A stretch of DNA of 64,000 nt, taken from Actinomycetota bacterium. GTDB lineage: Bacteria > Actinomycetota > Geothermincolia > Geothermincolales > RBG-13-55-18. The translations under genes and the position numbers were made by a program. The notes beneath the pieces were generated by a model. It had not been told where the DNA came from and made no database searches. It was given only the letters and a program-made list of their open reading frames with translations. How positions within the stretch are numbered: the first letter of the stretch is position 1; each line of letters opens with the position of its first letter. The DNA lies in the NCBI GenBank assembly GCA_003598015.1, contig QZKE01000006.1, positions 3,188 through 67,187 of the forward strand, read 5' to 3'. Positions 45,842-56,167 of this stretch are shown one piece after another.

Positions 45842-47394
45842 CTACCTCCCTTTTTATCGCGCAGCAATCCCGACAATGCCAGAGGCAGGTGGGAGTTGAG
45901 GTCTCCCGCCACCATACCCACCTGACCGATCATCTGCGCAGCCAGCTCAGCAGCCTTTCCGTGCGTGAAAACGCCGCATATCGCGGCGTCCATGGGCTCC
46001 AGTCCCTGGGCGCAAAATGCGGCAATACAGCCGGTCAGAACGTCACCGCTGCCCGCTGTGGCCAGACCCGCCATGGCCAGGGGATTTATGTGCACAGTCC
46101 CTTGTGGGCTTGCGACCAGGGTGTTGGCCCCTTTCAGAACGGTCACGCAGCCAAACCTGCGGGCCGACTCCACGGCGGCTTCCAGCCGCGATGAGCGTAT
46201 TTCCCCGGCGCTCCTGTCCAGCAGGCGTCCCAGCTCCCCGGGGTGGGGCGTGATCACGGTCGGATATTCCCTGCCGGACAGGCAGCCGGTATCTCTCGCG
46301 GCGCAGTTCAAGCCGTCGGCATCCAGGACCACCGGCTTCTCCACGCTGCGCAGCAATTCCGACACCACCGCGCAGGTAGAGGGCGCCGTCCCCAACCCCG
46401 GCCCGAGAGCCAGTACATCGTATCCCTCCATCGCCTCCCGCACCACTTCCGAAGCTCCCGTATCCAGTCGTTTTCCGTCCTCGTCTGGCAGGGGCATGGT
46501 CATCACCTCGGTGAGCTTGACCTCCATTATCGCGTTGAGGCCTGCAGCTATACCGAGGGTTACCACTCCCGCACCAGCCCTCAGGGCGGCCCGCGAACAG
46601 AGCGCCGCCGCCCCGGTAAGGCCGGCCGAACCGGCTACCACGAATACCCGGCCGCATTCGCCCTTATGCGCATCCGGGCGCCTGTTTGGGATGAGAGCGG
46701 CGACCCCTTCTTCCTCCAGGACGTATATCTCGCTCTTCACGATCTCGTCCAGCAGGCACGGGGGTATGCCGATGTCCACCCATACGAGTTCCCCCACCAT
46801 CTCCGCCCCGGGATAGAGATAGAGGCCCACCTTGGGATAGGCGAAAGTCACCGTGCGCGCCGCCCGGACGGCAGGGCCGGAAACCGCCCCCGTCTCGGCC
46901 TCCACTCCGGAGGGAATATCCACCGCGAGCACCGGTGTTGCACAGGCGTTAATCGCCGCGATGGCCTCGGCAGTCTCCCCTTCTGCCGAGCCGTGGAAAC
47001 CCGTCCCGAAGATGGCGTCGATGACCAGGTCCGAGCCCGGCAGCTCCTGTTTGAGAACGGAACCCGTCGCCCTGACGGTCGCTCCGCCCTCCTGCGAGAA
47101 ACGGCGGTAGTTAGCGGCGGCATCGGTGGAGAGTTCGCCTTCGCCGCCCAGCAGGTAGACCTTCACCGCGGCCCCCCATGACGCCAGGTAGCGTGCCGCC
47201 ACGAATCCGTCACCCCCGTTGTTTCCCCTGGCAGCGACCACGGAGATCCTCTTCCCGCCCGTAATGACCACAAGGTCGCGGGCTTGCTCGGCCACGTACC
47301 TGCCGGCACGTTCCATGAGATCGAGCGAGGGAATGCCTCCCTGTATGGCCGCCCGATCGAGCGCCGCCATCTCGTGGGGGAATAACACTCTCAT
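45838..47394 (-). CDS. nnr: Bifunctional NAD(P)H-hydrate epimerase / ADP-dependent dehydratase
   Basis: YjeF_N domain (ARGNNGGDGFVAAR) plus carbohydrate-kinase domain (GSGDVLTG). ATG at 47394 makes an ATGA overlap with the acpS stop. The 88-codon Arg/Gly-rich extension in the track to 47658 is rejected. Confidence 0.88.
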   Translation of the reverse strand: MRVLFPHEMAALDRAAIQGGIPSLDLMERAGRYVAEQARDLVVITGGKRISVVAARGNNGGDGFVAARYLASWGAAVKVYLLGGEGELSTDAAANYRRFSQEGGATVRATGSVLKQELPGSDLVIDAIFGTGFHGSAEGETAEAIAAINACATPVLAVDIPSGVEAETGAVSGPAVRAARTVTFAYPKVGLYLYPGAEMVGELVWVDIGIPPCLLDEIVKSEIYVLEEEGVAALIPNRRPDAHKGECGRVFVVAGSAGLTGAAALCSRAALRAGAGVVTLGIAAGLNAIMEVKLTEVMTMPLPDEDGKRLDTGASEVVREAMEGYDVLALGPGLGTAPSTCAVVSELLRSVEKPVVLDADGLNCAARDTGCLSGREYPTVITPHPGELGRLLDRSAGEIRSSRLEAAVESARRFGCVTVLKGANTLVASPQGTVHINPLAMAGLATAGSGDVLTGCIAAFCAQGLEPMDAAICGVFTHGKAAELAAQMIGQVGMVAGDLNSHLPLALSGLLRDKKGGR

Positions 47395-47780
47395 GTCGTC
47401 ACCCCTCCGCCAACGGCCTGGGCTATGGCTATGGCCAGGTCCCCGGTGTGGGATACGCTCACCAGGATCTCCACCACTCCCCGCTTCGCCGCCGCTTCCC
47501 CGGCGCGGCCAGACAGTTCCATGTACGGCCTCCCGCCATCGCCTGCGAGCATCTCCAGCTCGCGCCAGTCTAATCCCCTGATCCCCGTGCCCAGTGCCTT
47601 TCCCGCTGCTTCCTTGGCCGCGAAACACGCGGCATAGCGCCGGCCCGGACGGGCGCAATCCTCACACCTGGCCCTTTCCCGCAACGAAAAAACGCGCGAC
47701 ACGAAACCTTCGTGCCGCGTTATCGCTCTTTCTATCCTTGCGACCTCGACCAGGTCGATTCCAACACCCAGGATCTCCAT
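47391..47780 (-). CDS. acpS: Holo-[acyl-carrier-protein] synthase
   Basis: MEILGVGIDLVEVARIE...FAAKEAAGKALG. Confidence 0.9.
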   Translation of the reverse strand: MEILGVGIDLVEVARIERAITRHEGFVSRVFSLRERARCEDCARPGRRYAACFAAKEAAGKALGTGIRGLDWRELEMLAGDGGRPYMELSGRAGEAAAKRGVVEILVSVSHTGDLAIAIAQAVGGGVTT

Positions 47781-47869
47781 AAGCCCCTTCGTATGCCCGC
47801 GCCCGGAACCCGCCCGGGCGCCCGGTGCCTTATATCTTCATTCTCCGCGCCGCCGCGGTTACCTCCTCC

Positions 47870-49696
47870 CTACTCCACCGTCACCGTCTTGGCCAGGTTG
47901 CGTGGCTGGTCCACGTTGCACCCGCGCAGTTTGGCGATGTTGTAAGCCAGCAGTTGCAGGGCGGGGGCCAGCACGACCGGGTTGAAATGGGCTCTCACCT
48001 CCGGAACGTAGACGGTCTCCTCGCAGAACTCCGCCACTTCCCGGTCTCCCCTGGTGGCCAGCGCGATAACCGGGGCTTGGCGCGCTCGCACCTCCTCGAT
48101 ATTATTGCGCACCTTGTCGTAGATGGAGTCCTGGGGGATCAGCGCTACTACCGGGAATCCGGGATGCAGCAGCGCGATGGGGCCATGCTTCATCTCGCCT
48201 GCAGGGTAACCTTCGGCATGGATGTACGAGATCTCCTTGAGCTTGAGTGCCGCCTCCATGGCCATAGGGTAGTTGATGTTGCGACCCAGGAAGAGAAAGT
48301 CCTCGCAGCGGCAGTACTTGTCCGCGCAGCGCTCCACCGCTTCCGTATCCCTGAGAACCTCCTCTATCTTGGAAGACAGCCTCTCGAGCTCCGAGAAGGT
48401 CTCCTTGATAAATCCCTCCTCGAGCAGGCCTCGCTCCTGTCCGAGATACAGCCCCAGCAGGTACACGGCGGCGATCTGGGAGAGGAAGGTCTTGGTGGCC
48501 GCCACTCCCACCTCCAGACCGGCGTGGGTATAGATAACCCCGTCGGACTCGCGGGCCATCATGCTCCCCACTATGTTCACTATGGACAGCGTCGGCGCTC
48601 CGCTCTGGGTGGCCCAGCGTACCGCGCTCATGGTATCGAGGGTCTCCCCGGACTGGCTCACCGCCACCACCAGGCACGTGGGGTCGAGGCGCGGCTCGCG
48701 GTAATAGAATTCCGAGGCGATGTCCACCTCTACGGGAATATCCATCCAGGTCTCAATGATGTATCGCGCCAGTAGAGATGCGTGGTAGGAAGTGCCGCAG
48801 GAGACGAATATTATCCTCCGGATATCGCGGAAGTCGAGCGCGGCCTCTTCCAGCTCCTCGATACGCAGGGCTCCCGATCTCATCAGCCTGCCCCGCAGGG
48901 TGTCTGTCCATGCCTGGGGCTGCTCGAAGATCTCCTTGAGCATGAAGTCTGCATAGCCGCCCTTCTCCACCGCGGATACGTCGAAGGGGACTTCGAACGA
49001 TGAACGCTGTATCGGCCTGCCCTGTGCATCGATGATCTCATACGATTCCCGACTTATCCTGGCCAGCTCACCGTTCTCCAGCGCGACCGCCTCATGCGTG
49101 CAATCCAGGAGGGCCGGCGTGGCGGATGCCAGGAGGCTCTCCCCTTTTCCTATACCCAGTACCAGCGGGCTGTCCTTGCGCGCTCCCACCAGAACCCCGG
49201 GTTCACGGGCGCTCATGAGAACCAGCGCATATGCTCCCTCCAGCTCCTGCAGGGCAAGGCGTGCCGCCTCCAGCAGGTCTCCCCGGTAGTACTCCTCGAC
49301 CAGGTGCGCGATGACTTCGGAGTCCGTCTGGGAGCGGAAATGGTGTCCTTTGGCCTCCAATCCTTCGCGCAACTCGTGGAAGTTCTCAATGATGCCGTTG
49401 TGCGCTATCGCGATCTCCTCGTTACAGTCGAGGTGCGGGTGGGCGTTCTCCATGGAGGGGGTACCGTGGGTGGCCCAGCGCGTATGCGCGATACCCATGT
49501 CTCCATCTCCGGAGAACCAGTCCAGGTGCGACTCCAGATTGTCCAGGTTGCCCTTGCGCTTCAAGAGGGCTATCCTCTCCCCGTCGTAGACCGCTATACC
49601 CGCGGAGTCATAGCCGCGATACTCCAGGCGGCGCAGGCCCCTGAAGAGGATCTGCGGCACGGAACGGTCCCCGACATATCCTATGATGCCGCACAT
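47870..49696 (-). CDS. glmS: Glutamine--fructose-6-phosphate aminotransferase
   Basis: MCGIIGYVG N-terminal nucleophile. Two SIS domains. C-terminal ...AKTVTVE. Confidence 0.97.
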   Translation of the reverse strand: MCGIIGYVGDRSVPQILFRGLRRLEYRGYDSAGIAVYDGERIALLKRKGNLDNLESHLDWFSGDGDMGIAHTRWATHGTPSMENAHPHLDCNEEIAIAHNGIIENFHELREGLEAKGHHFRSQTDSEVIAHLVEEYYRGDLLEAARLALQELEGAYALVLMSAREPGVLVGARKDSPLVLGIGKGESLLASATPALLDCTHEAVALENGELARISRESYEIIDAQGRPIQRSSFEVPFDVSAVEKGGYADFMLKEIFEQPQAWTDTLRGRLMRSGALRIEELEEAALDFRDIRRIIFVSCGTSYHASLLARYIIETWMDIPVEVDIASEFYYREPRLDPTCLVVAVSQSGETLDTMSAVRWATQSGAPTLSIVNIVGSMMARESDGVIYTHAGLEVGVAATKTFLSQIAAVYLLGLYLGQERGLLEEGFIKETFSELERLSSKIEEVLRDTEAVERCADKYCRCEDFLFLGRNINYPMAMEAALKLKEISYIHAEGYPAGEMKHGPIALLHPGFPVVALIPQDSIYDKVRNNIEEVRARQAPVIALATRGDREVAEFCEETVYVPEVRAHFNPVVLAPALQLLAYNIAKLRGCNVDQPRNLAKTVTVE

Positions 49697-49701
49697 CTGG
49701 T

Positions 49702-51054
49702 CTATTCTCCCTCGAAAAGCGCGGCCAGTGCCCTGGCCGCTTCCTCGGCGAGTTCGGAGTCCATAGCCTCCACCATCACCCGTATCACGGGTTCGGTGCC
49801 GGATGGACGCAGCAGCACCCGCCCTTCACCCGCCAGCCTCTCCTCCCATTCGCGCAGCGCCTGCGCGATGCTTTGCGATTCCAGCTTCGCCTCCTTATCC
49901 CTGACTTCGACGTTGATGAGCAGCTGGGGTATCCTCTCCATCACCCCGCTGAGCGCCGAAAGGGGTTCGCCGGACTCCACCACCGCCTCCAAGAGCTTGA
50001 GGGCCGTCAGCAGGCCGTCTCCAGTGGTCGCATGGTCACCGAATATGATATGGCCGGACTGTTCCCCACCCAGGCTCAATCCCTCTGCCAGCATCCTCTC
50101 CAGGACGTAGCGGTCTCCCACCTGTGTGACGTGGACCTGTATTCCCTCCCGCTCCATGGCGCGATGGAAACCCAGATTGGTCATTACCGTGGTCACCATG
50201 GTGTTGCTCTTGAGAAGTCCTCTTTCCTTCATATGCAGTGCGCAGATGGCCATGATGAAGTCTCCGTCCACGAGCCGCCCTCTCTCGTCCACCGCCAGAA
50301 GCCGGTCCGCATCTCCGTCGAAAGCCAGCCCCAGGTCCGCGCCGGTATCCAGCACCGCCTGTTGCAACGACCCGGTATGGGTCGAACCGCATTCGCAGTT
50401 GATGTTCAGGCCGTCCGGCTCGGCATTCAGCACGGTGACCTCGGCGCCCAGACGCTGCAATAGCGTGGGGGCCAGGCGATAGACGGCGCCGTTGGCACAG
50501 TCGACCACGATCTTCATCTGCCCGATATCCGGCTGTACGATGGACAGCAGATGTGAGAGGTATTCTTCCTCTGCATTCTGCGCGTGGCTGACGCTGCCGA
50601 CGGCGTCGCCATCCGGCCGGTCCTCGTTTAATCCCGTGTCGATCAGCGCTTCCATCTCCCACTCCACTTCGTCCGGGAGTTTGAAGCCGGAGGAATGGAA
50701 GAATTTGATCCCGTTATCGCGCGCGGGATTGTGCGAGGCCGAGATGACCACCCCGGCGTCCGCTCCCCTGCTCCCGGTGAGATAAGCAACCGCAGGGGTA
50801 GGTACCACGCCCAGCAACTCCACGCTGCCCCCGGACGAACATATCCCGGCGACCAGTGCGGACTCCAGCATATTTCCGGAAATGCGGGTGTCCCTGCCGA
50901 CTACCAGAAAAGGCCGGGCATTGTCCCTGGCCAGCACTTTCACCGCCGCATAGCCGATACGCAAGGCAAGCTCGGGGGTTAATTCCCTGTTGGCGGTTCC
51001 CCTTATGCCGTCGGTCCCGAAAAGCCGTGTTCTGGCTACCTCTGACTTGTCCAT
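49702..51054 (-). CDS. glmM: Phosphoglucosamine mutase
   Basis: FGTDGIRG, active-site SASHNP, GGEQSGH. Confidence 0.95.
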   Translation of the reverse strand: MDKSEVARTRLFGTDGIRGTANRELTPELALRIGYAAVKVLARDNARPFLVVGRDTRISGNMLESALVAGICSSGGSVELLGVVPTPAVAYLTGSRGADAGVVISASHNPARDNGIKFFHSSGFKLPDEVEWEMEALIDTGLNEDRPDGDAVGSVSHAQNAEEEYLSHLLSIVQPDIGQMKIVVDCANGAVYRLAPTLLQRLGAEVTVLNAEPDGLNINCECGSTHTGSLQQAVLDTGADLGLAFDGDADRLLAVDERGRLVDGDFIMAICALHMKERGLLKSNTMVTTVMTNLGFHRAMEREGIQVHVTQVGDRYVLERMLAEGLSLGGEQSGHIIFGDHATTGDGLLTALKLLEAVVESGEPLSALSGVMERIPQLLINVEVRDKEAKLESQSIAQALREWEERLAGEGRVLLRPSGTEPVIRVMVEAMDSELAEEAARALAALFEGE

Positions 51055-51244
51055 AAATACGCTCCCGGTCCTCTATACCTGGACTATAGCACCCATTATT
51101 TCGGCCCTTCAAGGAAGGCCACTATGCGCACCCTTTTCCTCCAGGTCGTGCCGGAGATGGAACGCGTTGATCCTCCGAGTCATTTCCGAATATGCCGAAA
51201 CCCCGATCTGGCGAGGTAATCCCGGCTCGTAACAGATTGGGAGA

Positions 51245-51658
51245 TCAGCGCTTGGAGAATTGTGGACGCTTGCGGGCTTTCTTCAAGCCGTATTTCTTGC
51301 GTTCCTTCATGCGCGGGTCACGCCTGAGAAGTCCCGCTTTCTTGAGATCGGTACGCAGGGTCTCGTCGCAGTCCACCAGGGCGCGGGCGATACCATGACT
51401 CAACGCTCCGGCCTGTCCTGATATACCTCCACCCTTGATGGTGGCGAAAACACGGTAGCGTCCGACACCGCCTGAGACCTCCAGCGGCTGCATTACCTGG
51501 TAGCGAAGGGTCGAGCGGGGGAAGTATTCCTCGATATTCTTGCCGTTGATCTCCATCTCGCCGTCTCCGGGATACAACCATACCCGCGCTACGGCCTCTT
51601 TACGCCTTCCCGTTCCATAACCCAGCTGCTGCGGCAAATGATTCACCCGCCCTTTCAC
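51245..51658 (-). CDS. rpsI: 30S ribosomal protein S9
   Basis: [12 protein letters not shown]...[12 protein letters not shown]. Confidence 0.95.
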   Translation of the reverse strand: MKGRVNHLPQQLGYGTGRRKEAVARVWLYPGDGEMEINGKNIEEYFPRSTLRYQVMQPLEVSGGVGRYRVFATIKGGGISGQAGALSHGIARALVDCDETLRTDLKKAGLLRRDPRMKERKKYGLKKARKRPQFSKR

Positions 51659-52098
51659 TCTGCACGGGAGACCAGGGTCAGCGTCTCCGGCTTCTGCGCC
51701 TTGTGGGGGTGGTCGGGTCCGGCATAGACGTGCAGCTTGGACAGCATCGACCGGCCCAGGCGATTTTTGGGCAGCATGCCCCTGACCGCCTTTTCCACCA
51801 CCAACCCGGGCTTGTCCCGCACGAGCACCTCGTAGGGTGTTTCCTTGAGGCCGCCGGGATATCCCGAGTGATGATAGTATATTTTCTTCTGGAGTTTGTT
51901 CCCCGTCAGCATGACCTTTCCCGCGTTGACCACGATAACGTTATCTCCGACGTCAATGTGGGTGGAGTAGATGGGTTTGTTCTTACCCTTGAGGATCTTG
52001 GCCACCTCCACTGCAAGCTTCCCCAGGGGCACGCCGTCGGCGTCTATCAACCACCACGACCTGGTTATATCTGCCTGTTTCACGCTGTATGTCTTCAT
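51655..52098 (-). CDS. rplM: 50S ribosomal protein L13
   Basis: [15 protein letters not shown]...[10 protein letters not shown]. Confidence 0.96.
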   Translation of the reverse strand: MKTYSVKQADITRSWWLIDADGVPLGKLAVEVAKILKGKNKPIYSTHIDVGDNVIVVNAGKVMLTGNKLQKKIYYHHSGYPGGLKETPYEVLVRDKPGLVVEKAVRGMLPKNRLGRSMLSKLHVYAGPDHPHKAQKPETLTLVSRAE

Positions 52099-52193
52099 TC
52101 TCCTACGTGCCTTTTTGCCTTCCTCTTCTCAGCACGACAAACAATAATGATAGAGGTAGCGGGTGCGGAAGTCAAGGCAGGACGCGCCCTCCG

Positions 52194-52901
52194 CTATCTG
52201 CCGTTGAGCTTGCCGTCGACCATGTGAAATGCCTGGTCGGCCACTTCCAGGATGGACTCGTCGTGGGTTACGATGAGCACGCACTTGCCGTCCTCGCGGG
52301 CCAGCTTGACCAGGATGTCCACCACCGTCATTCCGGTGGCCGTATCCAGGTTGCCGGTGGGCTCGTCGGCCAGGATGATATCCGGATCGTTGGCCAGTGC
52401 GCGGGCGATGGCCACCCGCTGCTTCTCGCCTCCGCTCATCTTGTTCGCCCTGGTGCGCTGGAGCCGCCTGTCTATACCCATCCTCTCCAGGAGGTCCACT
52501 GCGCGCCGGCGCTGCTCTTCCGGGGGTACGGCGGACAGGTCCATGGGCAGGGTGACGTTCTCCAGGGCCGTGAGCGCCGTAACCAGGTTGAAGAACTGGA
52601 AGACGAAACCCACCCGCTCACGCCGGTAGGCGATGAGATCCGCTCCTGAGGCGCATATGTCCTCCCCCAGGACCTCTATCTCTCCGGCATCCGGGTTCTC
52701 CAGGGAGCCCACGAGATAGAGAAGGGTGGTCTTCCCCGAGCCGGATGGACCTACGATCACCACCACCTCACCTTTGCGGGCCGAGAAGTCCACTCCGTCC
52801 ACGGCGACCACGTCCCCGGCCTTGCCCCGGAAGGTCTTGGACAGGCCGTGGACCGCGAGAAAGTCGCCGGTCTCCAGGTTGATTGCGTTGTCCCCAGACA
52901 T
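52194..52901 (-). CDS. ABC transporter ATP-binding protein (MacB/LolD-like)
   Basis: Walker A GPSGSGKTT, signature MSGGEKQRV, Walker B ILADEPTGNLD. Confidence 0.92.
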   Translation of the reverse strand: MSGDNAINLETGDFLAVHGLSKTFRGKAGDVVAVDGVDFSARKGEVVVIVGPSGSGKTTLLYLVGSLENPDAGEIEVLGEDICASGADLIAYRRERVGFVFQFFNLVTALTALENVTLPMDLSAVPPEEQRRRAVDLLERMGIDRRLQRTRANKMSGGEKQRVAIARALANDPDIILADEPTGNLDTATGMTVVDILVKLAREDGKCVLIVTHDESILEVADQAFHMVDGKLNGR

Positions 52902-52914
52902 CTGCGCCGCCTCC

Positions 52915-54426
52915 TCACTCCATGCTCAAGACTCGTGCCGGTCTCAGGCGGGTAATCCACGCCACTGGAATGGCCATCCCCAGCAGGCTGATGCCCAGGA
53001 GGATGAGTATGCCGTAGAGCAACATGTCCCCCTGGTAGACCACATCCAGCTCCGCATCCTCCGCCTCGCCCACAGGAGACGCGAACAGGCCGCCCTCCTT
53101 GTAGAGGTTGCGCTCGGTGAGGCGTGACATCATGGCGGCCGCCCCTGAATCCTCCTCTTCCTCCTGCACCTGGGTGATCTCGCTCCCGGACAGCAGCCAG
53201 TCGCCAATCTTCTGGCTGATTAGCGCCGTGGCTCCCGTGGCCAGGATGATGGATACGAGGCAGATGCAGATGACCTCCACGGCATACTGCATGATAACCT
53301 GGCGGTCCGTGGCGCCTATGGCCTTGAGTACGCCGAGCTCGCGTGTACGGCCGCCTACGATGATGGCCATGGCCAGGAGGATGATGAGCGCGCACGCGCC
53401 CAAGGCCCCCGCCAGCCCGATCACCGAGGTTTTGCCCACCTTCTGCAGGGGATCGGAGATGATCTCGTATTCGGTGAAGTCCGTGACGAATTCGTACTGG
53501 TCGCTGCCGCCCGTCCGGTCGATGAAAGCCTGCTGAAGGTCGCCGGTATGGTCGACATTGTCGAAATAGTACGACCCCAGCTCGACGTATCCCGGGGTGT
53601 TGTTGAGCACCTGCACGACGGACAGGGGTGCGAAGAACTTGTTGCCCGCCGGGTTGAACGTGGCGAAGGAGCCGCCCTGGCTCTGGCGTTCCGCCTCCAC
53701 CGTCTCGTATACCCCCACGATCTCCAGTTCCAGTTCGGCGTCCTTGCCCTTCTCGCCGCTGATAGTAGCCGTCACGGTATCCCCTACCACCAGCTCGTTC
53801 TCTTCGGCCAGGTTCTTCTCGATCAGCACCACCGTATTGCCCTCCCGGTAATCGGCGTAGGTGTAGTAGGACCCCGAGATGAGCTTCTTGTTCCCGTTGA
53901 GGAACTCCGAAGCCGAGGCACCGTTGGTGTTGCCCTCGAAGACGAAGGTGCTCTCGGTGATACCTGAGGCAGCCGCGCCTTCCCTGATCTCCCTGCTCAA
54001 GTTGAGCATGGAGGACAGCTCGACATTCTCCATCCCGGGCATGGTAACGCCGGATGTCAGCACCTTGTCGTAGGTGATGATGTAAGGATCCCGAGAGAAC
54101 GCGTCGGCGAGCTCCTCCGGCACCAGGGTCTTAGCCCTCTCCTCCAGCTCTTCTTCCTCGGACATGCCGCGGGCTTCCCTGGTCCTTTCCGCTTCGCTCT
54201 TCTCACGCTCCTGTTCGAAGGTGGACATCATGAAACCTGAACTCGAACGTATCTCGCCGTAATTTCCCACCCTCTCCTTGACCGTCTCGGTCTGGCTGTC
54301 CGCGGCCAGCTTGACCGCCAGCATGGAGAGGGAGAAGGTGAGGCACACGAAGAGCAGGAGCACCACCACCAGGTTGCTGGAGGGATGGCGGCGAAAGCTG
54401 CGGAAGCCTCTCTTGGCCGAACGCAT
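52915..54426 (-). CDS. FtsX-family ABC transporter permease with large extracytoplasmic domain
   Basis: N-terminal TM, about 330-aa loop, three C-terminal TMs. ATG at 54426 with GAGGGGGA upstream. The track start at 54594 is rejected. Confidence 0.85.
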   Translation of the reverse strand: MRSAKRGFRSFRRHPSSNLVVVLLLFVCLTFSLSMLAVKLAADSQTETVKERVGNYGEIRSSSGFMMSTFEQEREKSEAERTREARGMSEEEELEERAKTLVPEELADAFSRDPYIITYDKVLTSGVTMPGMENVELSSMLNLSREIREGAAASGITESTFVFEGNTNGASASEFLNGNKKLISGSYYTYADYREGNTVVLIEKNLAEENELVVGDTVTATISGEKGKDAELELEIVGVYETVEAERQSQGGSFATFNPAGNKFFAPLSVVQVLNNTPGYVELGSYYFDNVDHTGDLQQAFIDRTGGSDQYEFVTDFTEYEIISDPLQKVGKTSVIGLAGALGACALIILLAMAIIVGGRTRELGVLKAIGATDRQVIMQYAVEVICICLVSIILATGATALISQKIGDWLLSGSEITQVQEEEEDSGAAAMMSRLTERNLYKEGGLFASPVGEAEDAELDVVYQGDMLLYGILILLGISLLGMAIPVAWITRLRPARVLSME

Positions 54427-54442
54427 GTGATCCCCCTCTTCT

Positions 54443-55213
54443 TCAATCCGGGTAGGCGGCCAGGTTGATCTCGACTTCCTCCCCGGAGTCCTCTCCGCGC
54501 GCTTTGTAGAAGACGAGGTTGGTTCCTTCCTTGGTGATCCCTTCGTTGCGGGCGGTGTTCTTGGGGTTGAGGTCATAGAAGAGGAATACCCCATCCACCG
54601 ACTCTCCCATCTTCAGCTTGTATGCCACCGGCTGCAGGGTCGTATAGTCCATCAGAGTGGCGGAGATCATGTTCTCGGAGACGTATGCTCCCAGGGTGCC
54701 TACCATGCCGTAATAATCCTCGTACTGGTCGGCGTCTATCCCCTCGCTCCAGATACGGAAGGAATACTCCGAGAGGTCGATGACATCATCACCCACGTTC
54801 TCTATCAGCAGTTCGATCTCCAGATAGTCCCCGGGAACTTCCCTCTGGCCGGATGTCAGCACGTCCGCGTTGGATTCCTGGCGCGTGGCCTCGATAACCG
54901 TGAAGCGCGCACCCGCCAGCTCCGCCGTAGAGGCTTCCGCGGGCGCGTTGCTCTCCTCCTCTTCTTCGGGCTTCTCCTCCCCGCTCTCCAGGACGAGCCC
55001 ACCGCTGCCCGTCGTCTCGGTGAGCATCTCATCGCTGGTGCCCGGCGGGTATTTGCTTTCATCGCTGGCCTCCCGCGTGGATTGCGACTCACCCCCGCAT
55101 GACGCCGCCAGCATCGTCAGCACGAGCAGCGATACGACAACCGCGGCGATAATTATCCGGTATCTCGTCCGCCTCTTCTCCATACTGCGATCATCTCCCG
55201 TCTCTTGATCCAC
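54443..55213 (-). CDS. Secreted/lipoprotein with DUF4352-like beta-sandwich domain
   Basis: Signal plus LAASCGG. An acidic linker. YLEIELLIENVGDDVIDLSEYSFRIW. The start may be ATG at 55183. Confidence 0.75.
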   Translation of the reverse strand: MDQETGDDRSMEKRRTRYRIIIAAVVVSLLVLTMLAASCGGESQSTREASDESKYPPGTSDEMLTETTGSGGLVLESGEEKPEEEEESNAPAEASTAELAGARFTVIEATRQESNADVLTSGQREVPGDYLEIELLIENVGDDVIDLSEYSFRIWSEGIDADQYEDYYGMVGTLGAYVSENMISATLMDYTTLQPVAYKLKMGESVDGVFLFYDLNPKNTARNEGITKEGTNLVFYKARGEDSGEEVEINLAAYPD

Positions 55214-55452
55214 ATATCACCACAAGCCTTCTGACTGTCTCCCTATCCCGCTTTTTCCCATGATTAGCTTCGCTAACATTAAAGGCCATGGTTGTTAAAC
55301 ATCTGTTAAGGAATCGTTACCTTTGCCTTAAAGCTGAAGCCCTGTGGCGCACATCCGCAATATTCCATCAGTCACATAAAAAGGCCCGGATACTGCATGT
55401 ATCCGGGAAAACGTCATATATCGCGTACCCGGCCACTCGTATGCCGGCGTGC

Positions 55453-56013
55453 CTACGTCAACTTCTCCACCAGCTCCTCGCCGAGCAGCTTCACTTCCTC
55501 CTGCTCCTCCGGGTTCAGCTCGTCGAACCAGCGGCCCCCCAACTGCGAGGAAAGCTCGCCCAGGCGGGACGAAGCCTGGTTGTAGCGCACGATCTTGCTC
55601 AGATCTCCTTTGAGCTTTATCTTACCCTGCATAACGGCCTTATTCGTATCCAGTTCACCGCAACTCGTCCCCTTCCAGGTCCAGTAGGAAGCAGTGAGGA
55701 CGTAGTCGGCGGCTTCGCCGACTTCCGGCGGCACCGGCCGTATGCTGCGGCATTCTCCATGCCACAGATCCATGAGGATATAAGAATCCCGTTCAATGCC
55801 CAGACCAGGTTCGGCCACGGAGTGCAGGACCACCGTGCCCTCCCATTCCGCCGCGGCCTCCCTGTACACGGCGTCTCCCTGGACCAGCTTCTCGTAGGCA
55901 GCGATCCACTCCGGCGTTCCCTGGACGAAGGGCGGGCTCTTCTCCTTGAGCCTCCTCTGCAGGACTTCCTGGTAAGCAGCTTCCCACTCATCAGTGCCGA
56001 ATGCGGGTGCCAT
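55453..56013 (-). CDS. SCP2 sterol-carrier-like domain protein
   Basis: C-terminal ...GELDTNKAVMQGKIKLKGDLSKIV, typical of the SCP2 fold. Confidence 0.7.
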   Translation of the reverse strand: MAPAFGTDEWEAAYQEVLQRRLKEKSPPFVQGTPEWIAAYEKLVQGDAVYREAAAEWEGTVVLHSVAEPGLGIERDSYILMDLWHGECRSIRPVPPEVGEAADYVLTASYWTWKGTSCGELDTNKAVMQGKIKLKGDLSKIVRYNQASSRLGELSSQLGGRWFDELNPEEQEEVKLLGEELVEKLT

Positions 56014-56167
56014 GCCGATCCCTCCTTCCGAACGCCGCTGAACTGCTTAGGTTATCTACCCGCAACATCGGGCGGGTAAACCAGTGTATCCGGGAAGCGT
56101 CCGATACCCGCTTGTATTGCCCCTGCTCGGCGGGATGCCGCTTCGCGCCGTCGCGCTTCGCGGCACT

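Noticed and set aside
45965-47181. Plus-strand ORFs antisense to nnr (283 aa and 312 aa), plus the many 60-200-aa Arg-rich ORFs throughout
   Set aside because: These are alternative frames of well-supported genes in high-GC DNA.
49697-49701. glmS ribozyme upstream of glmS
   Set aside because: glmS starts 5 nt after the glmM stop, so there is no room for a leader ribozyme.
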